Below, one piece after another: positions 9,078-19,487 of a stretch of 64,000 nt of DNA. Every line of letters begins with the position of its first letter. Positions within the stretch are counted from its first letter, which is position 1. The notes under the pieces were generated by a model. The model was not told the origin of the DNA. It searched no databases and worked only from the letters and a program-made list of their open reading frames with translations. The stretch is from Actinomycetota bacterium (lineage in GTDB: Bacteria; Actinomycetota; Actinomycetes; Actinomycetales; Microbacteriaceae): assembly GCA_041180145.1 (NCBI GenBank), contig JBEGSA010000002.1, positions 14,583-78,582 on the forward strand. The letters are read 5' to 3'. Position numbers and translations under genes: made by a program.

Positions 9078-9881
9078 GTGAATGACGCTCCAATTGGAAT
9101 CTTCGACTCGGGGGTCGGCGGTCTTACCGTTGCCCGAGCGATCATCGACCAACTTCCAAACGAGTCGATTATTTACGTGGGCGACACCGCCAACACCCCA
9201 TACGGCCCCAAGAGTATTCCAGAGGTTCGCGAGCTAGCACTTGCGGTTATGGATCGCCTGGTTGATGAGGGCGTCAAACTTCTGGTTATCGCCTGCAATT
9301 CGGCTTCGGCAGCAGTGCTTAGAGACGCACGCGAGCGTTACACCGAAGGCCGAGGCATACCGGTCGTTGAGGTTATTCAGCCGGCAGTGCGACGAGCAGT
9401 TGCAGCCACCCGAAACCGCAAGGTCGGTGTGATTGGCACCAACGCAACCATCACCTCCAAGGCCTACGACGATGCCTTTGCGGCGGCGGTTGACCTTGAA
9501 ATTTCTAGCGCGGCCTGCCCGGCATTTGTCGACTTTGTCGAACGTGGCGTTACCTCTGGGCCAGAGCTTCTGGCCGCTGCTGAAAGCTATCTGGGTCCAA
9601 TTCGAGATGCCGGGGTGGACACTCTGGTTCTTGGCTGCACCCACTATCCACTGCTCACCGGCGCTATCGCATATGTGATGGGCGAAGATGTGACCCTGGT
9701 TTCGAGCGCCGAAGAGACAGCGAAAGATGTGTATCGCACCCTGGTTGCCCACGACTTGTTGCGCACCGCTTCGACTAAACCAAGTCTTCGCTTTCAGTCA
9801 ACCGGCGATGCAGCCGCTTTCGAAAAACTTGCCCGTCGATTCTTAGGCCCAGAGGTGGCCAAGGTCGAGCGCCTGGCTTAG
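9078..9881 (+). CDS. murI: Glutamate racemase
   Basis: [20 protein letters not shown] and LGCTHYP motifs. Confidence 0.97.
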   Translation: MNDAPIGIFDSGVGGLTVARAIIDQLPNESIIYVGDTANTPYGPKSIPEVRELALAVMDRLVDEGVKLLVIACNSASAAVLRDARERYTEGRGIPVVEVIQPAVRRAVAATRNRKVGVIGTNATITSKAYDDAFAAAVDLEISSAACPAFVDFVERGVTSGPELLAAAESYLGPIRDAGVDTLVLGCTHYPLLTGAIAYVMGEDVTLVSSAEETAKDVYRTLVAHDLLRTASTKPSLRFQSTGDAAAFEKLARRFLGPEVAKVERLA

Positions 9882-9903
9882 CAATCACAAAAATAGGAGC
9901 ATC

Positions 9904-10638
9904 ATGACCGTTCGTGCCGATGGCCGCACCCCAGAACAACTTCGCAAAGTAACCATTGAGCGAGGCTGGAGCGACCACGCCGAAGGTTCTGCGTTGATAA
10001 CCTTCGGTGGCACCAAGGTTCTTTGCACGGCCTCGTTCACCAGTGGCGTGCCACGTTGGAAGGTCGGCAAGGGCGAGGGTTGGGTCACCGCCGAGTACGC
10101 CATGCTGCCACGCGCAACCCACACCCGCAACGATCGCGAAGCGGTAAAGGGCAAAATCGGCGGTCGCACCCACGAAATCTCGCGTCTAATCGGCCGCAGC
10201 CTGCGAGCGATTGTTGACGTGCGCGAGCTTGGCGAAAACACAATCGTGATTGACTGCGATGTTCTTCAGGCAGATGGCGGAACCCGCACGGCCGCCATCA
10301 CCGGTGCATACGTTGCTTTGGTAGATGCAATTAACTGGGCCAAAGAGCACAAGTTGATGCCCGCTAAAGCCAAGCCGCTCACCGGCAGCGTAGCAGCCAT
10401 CTCGGTAGGCATCATCGATGGTGAGCCAATGCTTGATCTGGCCTACGTCGAAGATGTGCGCGCCCACACCGACATGAACGTCGTGGTCACCGGCGACGGC
10501 AAGTTTGTTGAGGTTCAGGGCACCGCAGAAGGTGTGCCATTCGACCGCGAAGAGCTAAATGCCCTGCTAGACATAGCTCTAAAGGGAACGGGCGAACTAG
10601 CCAAGATTCAGCAGACCGCCTTGGATGCGGCTCTCTAA
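9904..10638 (+). CDS. rph: Ribonuclease PH
   Basis: [22 protein letters not shown] and [13 protein letters not shown]. Confidence 0.97.
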   Translation: MTVRADGRTPEQLRKVTIERGWSDHAEGSALITFGGTKVLCTASFTSGVPRWKVGKGEGWVTAEYAMLPRATHTRNDREAVKGKIGGRTHEISRLIGRSLRAIVDVRELGENTIVIDCDVLQADGGTRTAAITGAYVALVDAINWAKEHKLMPAKAKPLTGSVAAISVGIIDGEPMLDLAYVEDVRAHTDMNVVVTGDGKFVEVQGTAEGVPFDREELNALLDIALKGTGELAKIQQTALDAAL

Positions 10639-11213
10639 TGAAGCTGGTTGTCGCAACTCACAACGCTCACAAGGTTGAAGAGCTAAACGCCATTCTCGGT
10701 GGGCAGGTCGACGGCCTAGAACTGCTCGGCTACGACGGTCCTGAGCCAATTGAAGATGGCTCGAGCTTTCTAGAGAACGCCATGATCAAGGCTCGCGCTG
10801 CCTATGCTCACACCGGCTTGCCTTCGATGGCTGACGACTCGGGTATAGCGGTCGAAATCCTTGGGGGAGCACCCGGCATTTTTAGTGCTCGCTGGGCAGG
10901 GGGTCGCGACAACGTGCAAAACCGCAGGCTGCTGCTTGCCCAACTTGCCGATGTTCCCGAACAAAACCGTGCAGCCTCATTTGTTTGCACAATCGCACTG
11001 GTTGGCCCCGAGGGAGAAATCAGTTTCACCGGCATTTGGCCCGGCCGAGTGGCATTTGAAGAGCGGGGTGAGCATGGCTTTGGCTATGACCCGGTCTTTA
11101 TTCCTGAGGGCTTTGAAGTAACCGCGGCGCAGCTAGAGCCCGAGGTAAAAAACTCGATGAGTCACCGCAGTCTGGCGCTTGAGCAGCTGGCTAGCTATCT
11201 AAACGCTAACTAG
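10638..11213 (+). CDS. rdgB: Non-canonical purine NTP pyrophosphatase (RdgB/HAM1)
   Basis: ATHNAHK, ADDSGI, GFGYDPVF and SHR motifs; coupled to rph. Confidence 0.95.
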   Translation: MKLVVATHNAHKVEELNAILGGQVDGLELLGYDGPEPIEDGSSFLENAMIKARAAYAHTGLPSMADDSGIAVEILGGAPGIFSARWAGGRDNVQNRRLLLAQLADVPEQNRAASFVCTIALVGPEGEISFTGIWPGRVAFEERGEHGFGYDPVFIPEGFEVTAAQLEPEVKNSMSHRSLALEQLASYLNAN

Positions 11214-11219
11214 GCGGGA

Positions 11220-11885
11220 TTAGCTAATAATCTGTTCGGTCTTGTGCTGGCGGCGAGCACGAACCACTTCGATCACGATCGGAATTGTCGAAATGATCAC
11301 GAATCCGATGGTGAAGTATTCGACGTGCTCGGCAACAAATGGAATCTTGCCGAGGAAGAAGCCCATCAATGTCACACCGGTTCCCCAGCCAATCACGCCA
11401 ATGAAGTTGTAGCGCAAAAACTTGCGGTATGGCATTTCGCCGATGCCCGCCGCCACCGGCACGAACGTTCGCATGACCGGTACAAAGTGGGCCAAAATGA
11501 TCGCGCGAGCGCCGTAACGTTCAAAGAAAGAATTCGTGCGTGCCACGTTGTCGTGGCTAAACAGCTTTGACTCAGGCTTGTTGAAGATCGCTGGTCCGCT
11601 CTTGCGGCCAATCCAGTAACCGGTTTGGTCACCAAGCCAGGCGGCGGATGAAATCATGATGCAAGCTAGCCAAATCGGCACCGCGAAAGAAGTGTCGCCA
11701 ATCGGAAATTGAATAGCCCCGGCTGCAATCATCAAACCGGTCACAAAGAGGAGTGAATCACCCGGCAAAAAGAAGCCAACCAAAAGACCCGTTTCGATGA
11801 ACACAATCAGGCAAACGCCAATCATTGCGAACGCGCCAAAAGAGGCGATCAGTGTTTCTGGCTTCAGCCAATCCATTCCAAACAT
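11220..11885 (-). CDS. dedA: DedA/VTT family membrane protein
   Basis: FIETGLLVGFFLPGDSLL and F+P++RTF+PV.AG motifs; the start could alternatively be ATG 11876. Confidence 0.9.
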   Translation of the reverse strand: MFGMDWLKPETLIASFGAFAMIGVCLIVFIETGLLVGFFLPGDSLLFVTGLMIAAGAIQFPIGDTSFAVPIWLACIMISSAAWLGDQTGYWIGRKSGPAIFNKPESKLFSHDNVARTNSFFERYGARAIILAHFVPVMRTFVPVAAGIGEMPYRKFLRYNFIGVIGWGTGVTLMGFFLGKIPFVAEHVEYFTIGFVIISTIPIVIEVVRARRQHKTEQIIS

Positions 11886-11886
11886 G

Positions 11887-11959
11887 TGCCCCTAGCAGGA
11901 TTCGAACCTGCGCACATGCCTTCGGAGGGCAATGCTCTGATCCCCTGAGCTATAGGGGC
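11887..11959 (-). tRNA. tRNA-Arg (anticodon CCG); CCA not encoded
   Basis: Reverse complement GCCCCTATAGCTCAGGGGATCAGAGCATTGCCCTCCGAAGGCATGTGCGCAGGTTCGAATCCTGCTAGGGGCA folds as a cloverleaf with CCG anticodon; its position upstream of and divergent from argS is usual. Confidence 0.93.
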
Positions 11960-12033
11960 TTAGGTTGGGTTAAGCCTAACAGCGACAGGTATTAGTCTTT
12001 TGCTTTGTAGCGACCGAGAGAAGGATAAACGCC

Positions 12034-12981
12034 ATGGGTTTGAAGTTAGCTGGCCAGTGGGTCTGGGATTCTTGGTTTGCCTTTGATGGCGAGTTGCACC
12101 ACGCCTTTTATTTACAGGCCAGCCGTGCCTTGGGAGACCCAAATCGACGTCACCGAAACACCTCGGTTGGCCATGCGATCTCAAAGGATTTGACCAACTG
12201 GACCGTAGTTCGAGACGCCCTTGCACCGAGCGAGTCGCCTGCTGCCGACAGTTGGACAACCTGGACCGGTTCTATAGTTAGAGAAGACGGTGGCAGTTGG
12301 CGGATGTTCTACACCGGCACCAGCCGCGAAGATGCCGGCGAGCGCCAAACAGTCTGCGCCGCGACCTCGGATGACTTGATGACCTGGACCAAGGTAGAAC
12401 CAGCTCCCGTGGTCGCAGCCGATTCGCGCTGGTACAAAACCTTGTCAGCGGGATTCGCCAACGAGCCATTCCGTGACCCCTGGGTGTGCCGCTTGCCCGG
12501 CCAGGCCGAGTGGACCATGTTGACAACTGCAGGTGCCAAAGATGCCGCCAGTCGCGAGGTAGAAGCGGTCATGGGTGTCGCGAAATCGGTTGACCTGGTG
12601 AATTGGCAGGTGCAACCTCCGCTCGGCGCACCTGGTCAAGGGTTTGGTGAGACCGAAGTCTTTCAGTTTGAAATCGTCGACGGGGTCCCCATCATTCTGT
12701 TTTGCTGCGGGCCGCTATGGCTTTCTAAAGAGCGCCTAAGTGCCGGCGAGCGCGGTGGCCTATACAGTTTTGCGGTTGCTCCCGACCTGAGCGATGTCGA
12801 TTTCAATCGAGCTACGTTGTTTCCAGACACCCACCTGTATGCGTCGCGCTTGGTTCAGGATCGTGATGGCGGCTGGAACCTGATTGCTTTCATAAACGAG
12901 GTAGACGGTGAGTTTGTCGGCGAATTATGTGACCCCGTGCCGGTGACCGCCGACCCGATTCGTGGTCTAATCAAGCGCTAA
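12034..12981 (+). CDS. Clan GH-J (GH32/GH68-like) beta-fructofuranosidase-type glycoside hydrolase, cytoplasmic
   Basis: WVWDSW nucleophile motif, WTGS, FRDP and a catalytic E (GETEV); propeller domain only, no signal peptide. Confidence 0.8.
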   Translation: MGLKLAGQWVWDSWFAFDGELHHAFYLQASRALGDPNRRHRNTSVGHAISKDLTNWTVVRDALAPSESPAADSWTTWTGSIVREDGGSWRMFYTGTSREDAGERQTVCAATSDDLMTWTKVEPAPVVAADSRWYKTLSAGFANEPFRDPWVCRLPGQAEWTMLTTAGAKDAASREVEAVMGVAKSVDLVNWQVQPPLGAPGQGFGETEVFQFEIVDGVPIILFCCGPLWLSKERLSAGERGGLYSFAVAPDLSDVDFNRATLFPDTHLYASRLVQDRDGGWNLIAFINEVDGEFVGELCDPVPVTADPIRGLIKR

Positions 12982-12985
12982 TCGG

Positions 12986-13073
12986 TATGATTTAGGGGAT
13001 ATCTCTTTTCGAGTCGTCCCTCTGGCGTGCCGACTTTGGTGAGATCAACACTTTTTCCCGGTTAGGCAATACT
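12986..13073 (+). promoter_or_regulatory. Promoter (-10 TATGAT) and structured 5' leader of the argS-lysA-hom-thrC-thrB operon
   Basis: TATGAT at 12986; ATCTC/GAGAT and GAGTCG/CGACTT pairings followed by CTTTTT. Confidence 0.45.
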
Positions 13074-14732
13074 TTGACTCCTGCAGACCTCTCTGCCGCG
13101 ATTGTTCGCATCCTTGCTGCTTTGCAATCAAGCGGCAAGCTTGGTGCGGGCGAATTGCCGGCCGAGGTTGTGGTTGAACGACCTAAGAACCGAGATCACG
13201 GCGACTGGGCAACCAACGTTGCCATGCAATTTGCCGGCAAGTTTGGCATGAACCCTCGCGCCTTTGCCGAGCTTTTGGCTGCCGAGCTTTCAAACCTGGA
13301 TGGCATTTCGAAGGTAGACATCGCAGGCCCGGGCTTCATCAACATTTCGGTGAGCGCTGCGGCCGCTGGCGAGTTGGCCAAGGCCATCATCGAGGCCGGC
13401 GATGCCTATGGCACCGGCACTGACCTTGCCGGAGTAAAGCTAAACCTCGAGTTCGTATCGGCTAACCCAACCGGCCCGATTCACATGGGTGGCACCCGTT
13501 GGGCCGCCGTCGGAGACTCGCTGGCTCGAGTTTTTGAGGCACAGGGAGCCGACGTAACCCGCGAATACTATTTCAACGATCACGGTGCCCAAATCGACCG
13601 CTTTGCTCGTTCGCTTTTGGCTAGCGCTAGAGGGCAAGAGGCGCCAGAAGATGGTTATGCCGGCGCCTACATCGTAGACATTGCGCAGCGCGTGCTTGCC
13701 GAAACCGCCGTCAACATTCTTGACCTTCCAGAGGCCGAGGCTCAAGAGGCATTCCGTGCCGCGGGTGTCGAGCTAATGTTCCAAGAGATCCGCGAATCGC
13801 TTCACGACTTTGGTGTCGATTTCGATGTTTACTTTCACGAGAACTCGCTCTACGAGTCGAAGGCCGTCGAGCGGGCAATCGAGCGCCTTCGCGAGCTGGG
13901 CCACATCTTCGAATCTGAGGGAGCAGTCTGGTTGCGCTCTACCACCTTCGGTGACGACCGCGACCGCGTCGTAATCAAGAGTGACGGCGAACACGCCTAC
14001 ATCGCAGGTGACCTTGCTTATTACCTCGACAAGCGCGAGCGAGGCTTTGACCAATGCATCTACATGCTTGGTGCCGACCATCACGGCTATGTGCCACGCA
14101 TGATGGCACTTTGCGCTGCCTTCGGCGACGAGCCGGGTAAAAACCTCGAAATTCTCATTGGCCAGATGGTCAACCTGATGCGTGATGGCGAGCCGGTGCG
14201 CATGTCAAAACGTGCTGGAACCGTGGTCACCATGGAAGATCTGGTCGAGGCCGTCGGCACCGATGCGGCTCGTTACGCGTTGGCCCGTTCTTCGATCAAC
14301 TCGCAGCTCGACATCGACCTCGAGCAGTTGGCAAAAAAGACCAACGACAACCCGGTCTTCTATGTTCAATACGCCCACGCCCGAACCAAGCAGGTTGCCG
14401 TAAACGCCGCAAGCCTGGGCGTCGACACCACCGAATTTGAACCGAGCCTTCTCAACCACCCGACTGAGTCTGAATTGCTTGCCAAGCTCAGCGAGTTTCC
14501 GCGAGTGGTTGCCTCGGCAGCCGAGTTTCGTGAGCCGCACCGAGTTGCCCGCTTCATCGAAGAGGTCGCCGGCTCCTACCACCGCTGGTACAGCGAATGC
14601 CGTGTCACCCCGCTCTCGGGCGGCGCGGTTGAGGCCGTTCACCGCACCCGACTTTCGCTTAACAACGCGGCCGGCATCGTGCTGCGCAACGGCCTACGCC
14701 TCCTTGGCGTTTCGACCCCAGAGAAGATGTAA
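13074..14732 (+). CDS. argS: Arginine--tRNA ligase
   Basis: [27 protein letters not shown] and YVQYAHAR. Confidence 0.98.
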   Translation: MTPADLSAAIVRILAALQSSGKLGAGELPAEVVVERPKNRDHGDWATNVAMQFAGKFGMNPRAFAELLAAELSNLDGISKVDIAGPGFINISVSAAAAGELAKAIIEAGDAYGTGTDLAGVKLNLEFVSANPTGPIHMGGTRWAAVGDSLARVFEAQGADVTREYYFNDHGAQIDRFARSLLASARGQEAPEDGYAGAYIVDIAQRVLAETAVNILDLPEAEAQEAFRAAGVELMFQEIRESLHDFGVDFDVYFHENSLYESKAVERAIERLRELGHIFESEGAVWLRSTTFGDDRDRVVIKSDGEHAYIAGDLAYYLDKRERGFDQCIYMLGADHHGYVPRMMALCAAFGDEPGKNLEILIGQMVNLMRDGEPVRMSKRAGTVVTMEDLVEAVGTDAARYALARSSINSQLDIDLEQLAKKTNDNPVFYVQYAHARTKQVAVNAASLGVDTTEFEPSLLNHPTESELLAKLSEFPRVVASAAEFREPHRVARFIEEVAGSYHRWYSECRVTPLSGGAVEAVHRTRLSLNNAAGIVLRNGLRLLGVSTPEKM

Positions 14733-14735
14733 TCG

Positions 14736-16157
14736 ATGACTAACCCGCTAGCGCCCGAGTGGTTGCAATACCCAGGCAACGTGAATGCTCTCGATGAACG
14801 AGTCTGGCCACGTCACGCCAAACGTGAGGCAAGCGGCGAGCTAACCATTGCTTCGGTTTCGGCAAAGGCGTTAGTCGCCGAATTCGGCACACCCCTTTAT
14901 GTCATCGACGAAGATGACTTCCGTGCCCGCGCCACCGCGGCAAAGAGCATCCTGGGTGGTGCCGCCGAAAAGATCGGCAGCTCAGCCAAGGTTTACTACG
15001 CCAGTAAAGCTTTTCTTTCAACCGAAATTGTCAGCTGGATCAACGAACTTGGCCTGAATATTGATGTCGCCAGCGGGGGAGAACTAGCCGCAGCGCTCGC
15101 CGGTGGAATAGATGCCAGCCGAATTGGTCTGCACGGCAACAACAAGAGTCTTCGCGAGATTGCGCGTGCCGTTAGTGCCGGTGTTGGGGCCATTGTGATC
15201 GATTCTGAGCTAGAGATTGAGCGCGTTGCCTCGGCAGCAGCGGCACAGGATGTGACCCAAAATGTTCGCCTGCGTGTGAACACTGGAGTGCACGCCAACA
15301 CCCACGACTTTTTAGCGACCGCCCGCGAAGACCAGAAATTTGGCATCGCTCTGGCCGACGTTGCCGACTTGGTTGCCAAGATTCGTTCTCACAGCCACCT
15401 CAATTTCTTGGGTTTCCACCAGCACGTTGGCTCGCAGATCTTCGCTGTCGAGGGCTTCGTGGAATCAACCAAGCGCTTGATCGCTTTGCACGCCGAACTG
15501 AGCAAAGACGCCGAGATTCCAGAGCTAAACCTTGGCGGTGGCTTCGGAGTCAACTACAAGCCCGCCGACAAGGCGCCTGACCTTCGCTACTTTGCCGACG
15601 CCATCACCGCCGTGGTTGCAGAGCAGTGTGCCATCCACGGCATCAAGATTCCGGCCCTTGCCTTCGAGCCAGGCCGATTCATTGCCGGTAACCCGGGCAT
15701 CACCCTTTACAAGGTCGGCACTATCAAGGACGTCAAGGTCACCGATGGGGCCGAACCTGCGGTTCGAAAGTATGTTTCGGTTGACGGCGGAATGAGCGAC
15801 AACGCCCGCCCTGCCCTATACGAAGCCGAGTACCACGTGACCATAGCCTCGAGAAGCTCATCCGAGCAGGCGGCCTTGGCTCGCGTGGTTGGCAAGCACT
15901 GTGAAAGCGGCGACATCGTGGTTCGCCACGATTACCTGCCGGCCGACGTGCAGCCAAACGATATTTTGGCCGTGGCTGCCACCGGCGCCTACTGTTATTC
16001 GCTTTCGAGCAACTACAACTTCTTGACCAAACCGGCAGTTGTTGCAGTGCGCGACGGCAAGGCTCGATTGGTAATTAGGGCCGAAACTGAGGCAGATTTG
16101 TTTACTAGAGATGTTCGCTATCAAGCTGAGCACGCATCAGCAGAGACGAGAAACTAA
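14736..16157 (+). CDS. lysA: Diaminopimelate decarboxylase
   Basis: YASKAF, HGNNKS, HVGSQ, EPGR and HCESGD motifs. Confidence 0.97.
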   Translation: MTNPLAPEWLQYPGNVNALDERVWPRHAKREASGELTIASVSAKALVAEFGTPLYVIDEDDFRARATAAKSILGGAAEKIGSSAKVYYASKAFLSTEIVSWINELGLNIDVASGGELAAALAGGIDASRIGLHGNNKSLREIARAVSAGVGAIVIDSELEIERVASAAAAQDVTQNVRLRVNTGVHANTHDFLATAREDQKFGIALADVADLVAKIRSHSHLNFLGFHQHVGSQIFAVEGFVESTKRLIALHAELSKDAEIPELNLGGGFGVNYKPADKAPDLRYFADAITAVVAEQCAIHGIKIPALAFEPGRFIAGNPGITLYKVGTIKDVKVTDGAEPAVRKYVSVDGGMSDNARPALYEAEYHVTIASRSSSEQAALARVVGKHCESGDIVVRHDYLPADVQPNDILAVAATGAYCYSLSSNYNFLTKPAVVAVRDGKARLVIRAETEADLFTRDVRYQAEHASAETRN

Positions 16158-17485
16158 TGACAAACTCGAACGAATACCGCCCGCTGCGAGTTGCTCTGCT
16201 GGGTGCCGGTTCGGTTGGTTCTCAGGTCGCCCGCCTTCTAATCGAGAACAAGTCAGAGCTCGCGGCCCGCGTTGGTGCCGAGCTTGAGCTAGTGGGCATC
16301 GCGGTTCGCGACATCAATTCGCCACGCAACTCTGGTGTGCCTCGTGAGCTATTGACCCTCGACGCCGAGAGCTTGATTCTTGGTGCCGACATTGTCATCG
16401 AGGTCATGGGCGGCATCGAGCCTGCTAGAACCTACATTCTTCAGGCGCTCAACTCTGGATCAGATGTAATCACCGCCAACAAGGCTTTGTTAGCCACTCA
16501 TGGCACCGAACTATTCGATACCGCAGAGCAGGTTGGTGCGCAGCTCTACTTCGAGGCGGCAGTCGCAGGCGCGATTCCAATTATTCGCCCGCTTCGCGAA
16601 TCGCTTGCCGGTGACAAGGTCAACCGCATCATGGGCATCGTTAACGGCACCACCAACTTCATTCTTGACCGTATGGATTCAACCGGTTCTACCTTCGCCG
16701 ATGCGCTCGCCGAAGCAACTGAGCTGGGCTATGCAGAGGCCGACCCAACTGCAGACATCGAGGCTTACGATGCAGCGCAGAAGGCTGCCATCCTTGCCTC
16801 TCTTGCCTTTCACACCGAGGTTCCGCTCGAATCTGTTTATCGCGAGGGAATCACCAAAATCACCGCCGAGCAAATGGCTGCCGCCAAGCGTGACGGCTAT
16901 GTCATCAAACTTCTGGCTATCTGCGAGCGTGTTGGCGCTGATGCAGCCGGCCAAGAGGGAGTCTCGGTTCGAGTTCACCCTGCGTTGATCTCTCGTGAGC
17001 ACCCGCTAGGTGCCGTTCGCGGCGCTTTCAACGCGGTATTCGTTGAGGCAGAGGCTGCGGGATCTCTGATGTTCTATGGTGCCGGCGCCGGTGGTGTGCA
17101 AACCGCATCCGCAGTTCTGGGCGACCTGGTCTCGGCTGCCAAGCGCCACGTTGCCGGTGGCCCTGGTCTTGCCGACTCAGTTCACGCAAATCTTCCGGTC
17201 TTGCCAATCGACCGCGTTCAGACTCGCTACCAAATCACTCTCGAGGTCACCGACCAACCTGGAATCTTGGCCAAAATCGCCAACGTTTTCTCTGACCACC
17301 ACGTTTCTATCGAAACTGTTGAGCAGTCAGTGCGTGTGCTGGCCGGCATTCCAAGCAAGACCGCTACCCTCGAGGTAGGAACTCACGCAGCGACCGATGC
17401 GTCGTTGTCTGCAGTCGTAAAGTCTCTCGCCGCTAACGATGCGGTCGAGTCCATCACTTCAGTCATCCGAGTAGAAGGTATCTAA
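16157..17485 (+). CDS. hom: Homoserine dehydrogenase with C-terminal ACT domain
   Basis: GAGSVG, TANKALL, FEAAVAGAIP, GIVNGTTN and GYAEADP. Confidence 0.97.
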   Translation: MTNSNEYRPLRVALLGAGSVGSQVARLLIENKSELAARVGAELELVGIAVRDINSPRNSGVPRELLTLDAESLILGADIVIEVMGGIEPARTYILQALNSGSDVITANKALLATHGTELFDTAEQVGAQLYFEAAVAGAIPIIRPLRESLAGDKVNRIMGIVNGTTNFILDRMDSTGSTFADALAEATELGYAEADPTADIEAYDAAQKAAILASLAFHTEVPLESVYREGITKITAEQMAAAKRDGYVIKLLAICERVGADAAGQEGVSVRVHPALISREHPLGAVRGAFNAVFVEAEAAGSLMFYGAGAGGVQTASAVLGDLVSAAKRHVAGGPGLADSVHANLPVLPIDRVQTRYQITLEVTDQPGILAKIANVFSDHHVSIETVEQSVRVLAGIPSKTATLEVGTHAATDASLSAVVKSLAANDAVESITSVIRVEGI

Positions 17486-18564
17486 TGGCTCACCAATGGC
17501 GCGGTGTGATCCGCGAATACATCGATCGTCTAGACATTTCTAGCGACAACCCAGTGATTACCCTCGGCGAGGGTGGCACCCCGTTGGTTGAGGCTCCGGC
17601 GCTTGCCAAGTTGGTTGGCGCAGAGCGTGTTCTGCTAAAGGTTGAGGGCATGAACCCAACCGGTTCGTTCAAAGACCGCGGCATGACCATGGCCGTCTCT
17701 AAGGCTGTTGGCCACGGTGCCCAGGCTGTCATTGCGGCATCAACAGGAAACACCTCGGCATCGGCCGCCGCTTATGCTGCTGCCGCCGGCATCAAGTCGG
17801 TCGTGCTCGTTCCAGAGGGCAAGATCTCACTCGGCAAGCTAAGCCAGGCAGTTGCTCACAAGGCTCAGATTCTTCAGGTCCAGGGCAACTTTGATGACTG
17901 CCTCGACCTGGCTCGCGACCTATCAGACAACTACCCGGTTCACCTGGTCAACTCGGTCAACCCAGACCGCATCGAAGGTCAAAAGACCGGTGCCTTCGAG
18001 GTCGTAGACGCACTTGGATTCGCACCTGACTTCCACGTGCTTCCGGTCGGCAATGCCGGCAACTACTCGGCTTACTTCAAGGGCTACCTCGAGGACTTCA
18101 ACGAGGGCCGCATCAAGGCCGTTCCAAAGATGTGGGGATTCCAGGCCGAGGGCTCGGCGCCCTTCACCTTTGGTAACCCGGTCAAGAACCCAGAAACTAT
18201 CGCAACCGCGATTCGCATCGGCAACCCGGCCTCATACGACCTTGCTCTGTCGGCTCGTGAATGCTCACTCGGTCAGTTTGGCTTCGCGTCAGACGCCGAA
18301 ATTCTCTGGATGCACCGATTCTTGTCTCAAGAGGTTGGCGTGTTCGTTGAGCCTTCTTCGGCAACCGGCGCTGCCGGCCTATTCAAGCACTCAAAGATGG
18401 GCGAGGTGCCAGCCGGCTCGACCATCGTGGTTACCGTAACCGGTCACGGTTTGAAAGACCCAATGTGGGCTCTAAAGGCCGAAGACGGTTCAGACATCGA
18501 ACCGACCAGCGTGCCAAACAACGCAGCACAGGTTGCCGAGCAGCTGGGTCTGTCAAAGAAGTAA
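17485..18564 (+). CDS. thrC: Threonine synthase
   Basis: NPTGSFKDRG, ASTGNTS and PVGNAGN. Confidence 0.97.
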   Translation: MAHQWRGVIREYIDRLDISSDNPVITLGEGGTPLVEAPALAKLVGAERVLLKVEGMNPTGSFKDRGMTMAVSKAVGHGAQAVIAASTGNTSASAAAYAAAAGIKSVVLVPEGKISLGKLSQAVAHKAQILQVQGNFDDCLDLARDLSDNYPVHLVNSVNPDRIEGQKTGAFEVVDALGFAPDFHVLPVGNAGNYSAYFKGYLEDFNEGRIKAVPKMWGFQAEGSAPFTFGNPVKNPETIATAIRIGNPASYDLALSARECSLGQFGFASDAEILWMHRFLSQEVGVFVEPSSATGAAGLFKHSKMGEVPAGSTIVVTVTGHGLKDPMWALKAEDGSDIEPTSVPNNAAQVAEQLGLSKK

Positions 18565-18566
18565 CC

Positions 18567-19487
18567 ATGACTTCACTAATCGGCAGAAAAGTCACGGTAA
18601 AGGTTCCGGCCACCTCGGCCAACCTTGGCCCTGGCTTTGACACGCTCGGCATGGCGCTTTCCTACTACGACGAACTTCAGGTTGAGGTTGTCGAGGGTTC
18701 GGGCGCATTTGTCGAGGTGCACGGCGAGGGTGAGGGCGAGGTTCCGACCGACGCCAGCAACCTGGTCGTCAAGTCGATTGCCTACACCTTCGAAAAGTTT
18801 GGTCAGCCGGTGCCGGCATTCAAACTAATTGCGCACAACATCATTCCTCACGGCCGCGGCATGGGTTCATCTGGTGCCGCCGTGGTTTCAGGAATCATTG
18901 CCGCAAAGGGTTTGCTCGAGGGCATCGTAAAGATGACCGACAAAGACCTGCTCGACATTGCTACTGAGCTAGAAGGTCACCCAGACAACGTTGCCCCCGC
19001 GCTTTTCGGTGGTCTAACCATCGCCTGGGAAGACGAGACCGGCCCGCACCACAAAAAGCTCTTTGTGCACCGCGGTGTTTCGCCGCTTGAACTGGTACCA
19101 AACTTCAAGATGTCGACCGCCTTGGCTAGGTCGCTTCAACCTGATTCGGTTCCTCACAACGATGCAGTGTTCAACGTATCGCGATCGGCCCTGCTAATCG
19201 CTGCTCTGACTCAGAGCCCAGAACTCATGATGGCGGCCACCGAAGACCGCCTTCACCAGGATTACCGCGCTTCGGCCATGCCAGAGACCAACTCTCTGGT
19301 TCAGCTAATGCGTGAGCACGGCTTTGCGGCTGTGGTGTCAGGAGCCGGACCATCGGTTTTGGTTCTTGCCAACGGCCCGGCCGAAAGACTTGCAGCAGCA
19401 AAACTAGCGAAGACACACTACCCAGAGTGGAACTCACTTCTGTTGGCAGTCGACTTCAAAGGTGCTACTGTTGTAATACATCAATAA
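18567..19487 (+). CDS. thrB: Homoserine kinase
   Basis: VPATSANLGPGFD, PHGRGMGSSGA, EGHPDN and SGAGP; true start is ATG 18567, just after the thrC stop. Confidence 0.96.
   Translation: MTSLIGRKVTVKVPATSANLGPGFDTLGMALSYYDELQVEVVEGSGAFVEVHGEGEGEVPTDASNLVVKSIAYTFEKFGQPVPAFKLIAHNIIPHGRGMGSSGAAVVSGIIAAKGLLEGIVKMTDKDLLDIATELEGHPDNVAPALFGGLTIAWEDETGPHHKKLFVHRGVSPLELVPNFKMSTALARSLQPDSVPHNDAVFNVSRSALLIAALTQSPELMMAATEDRLHQDYRASAMPETNSLVQLMREHGFAAVVSGAGPSVLVLANGPAERLAAAKLAKTHYPEWNSLLLAVDFKGATVVIHQ

Noticed and set aside
6248-11959. Possible integrative island bounded by the two tRNAs
   Set aside because: No integrase, no duplicated tRNA 3' end (att site) seen, and the intervening genes are mostly core (murI, rph, rdgB, htrA).
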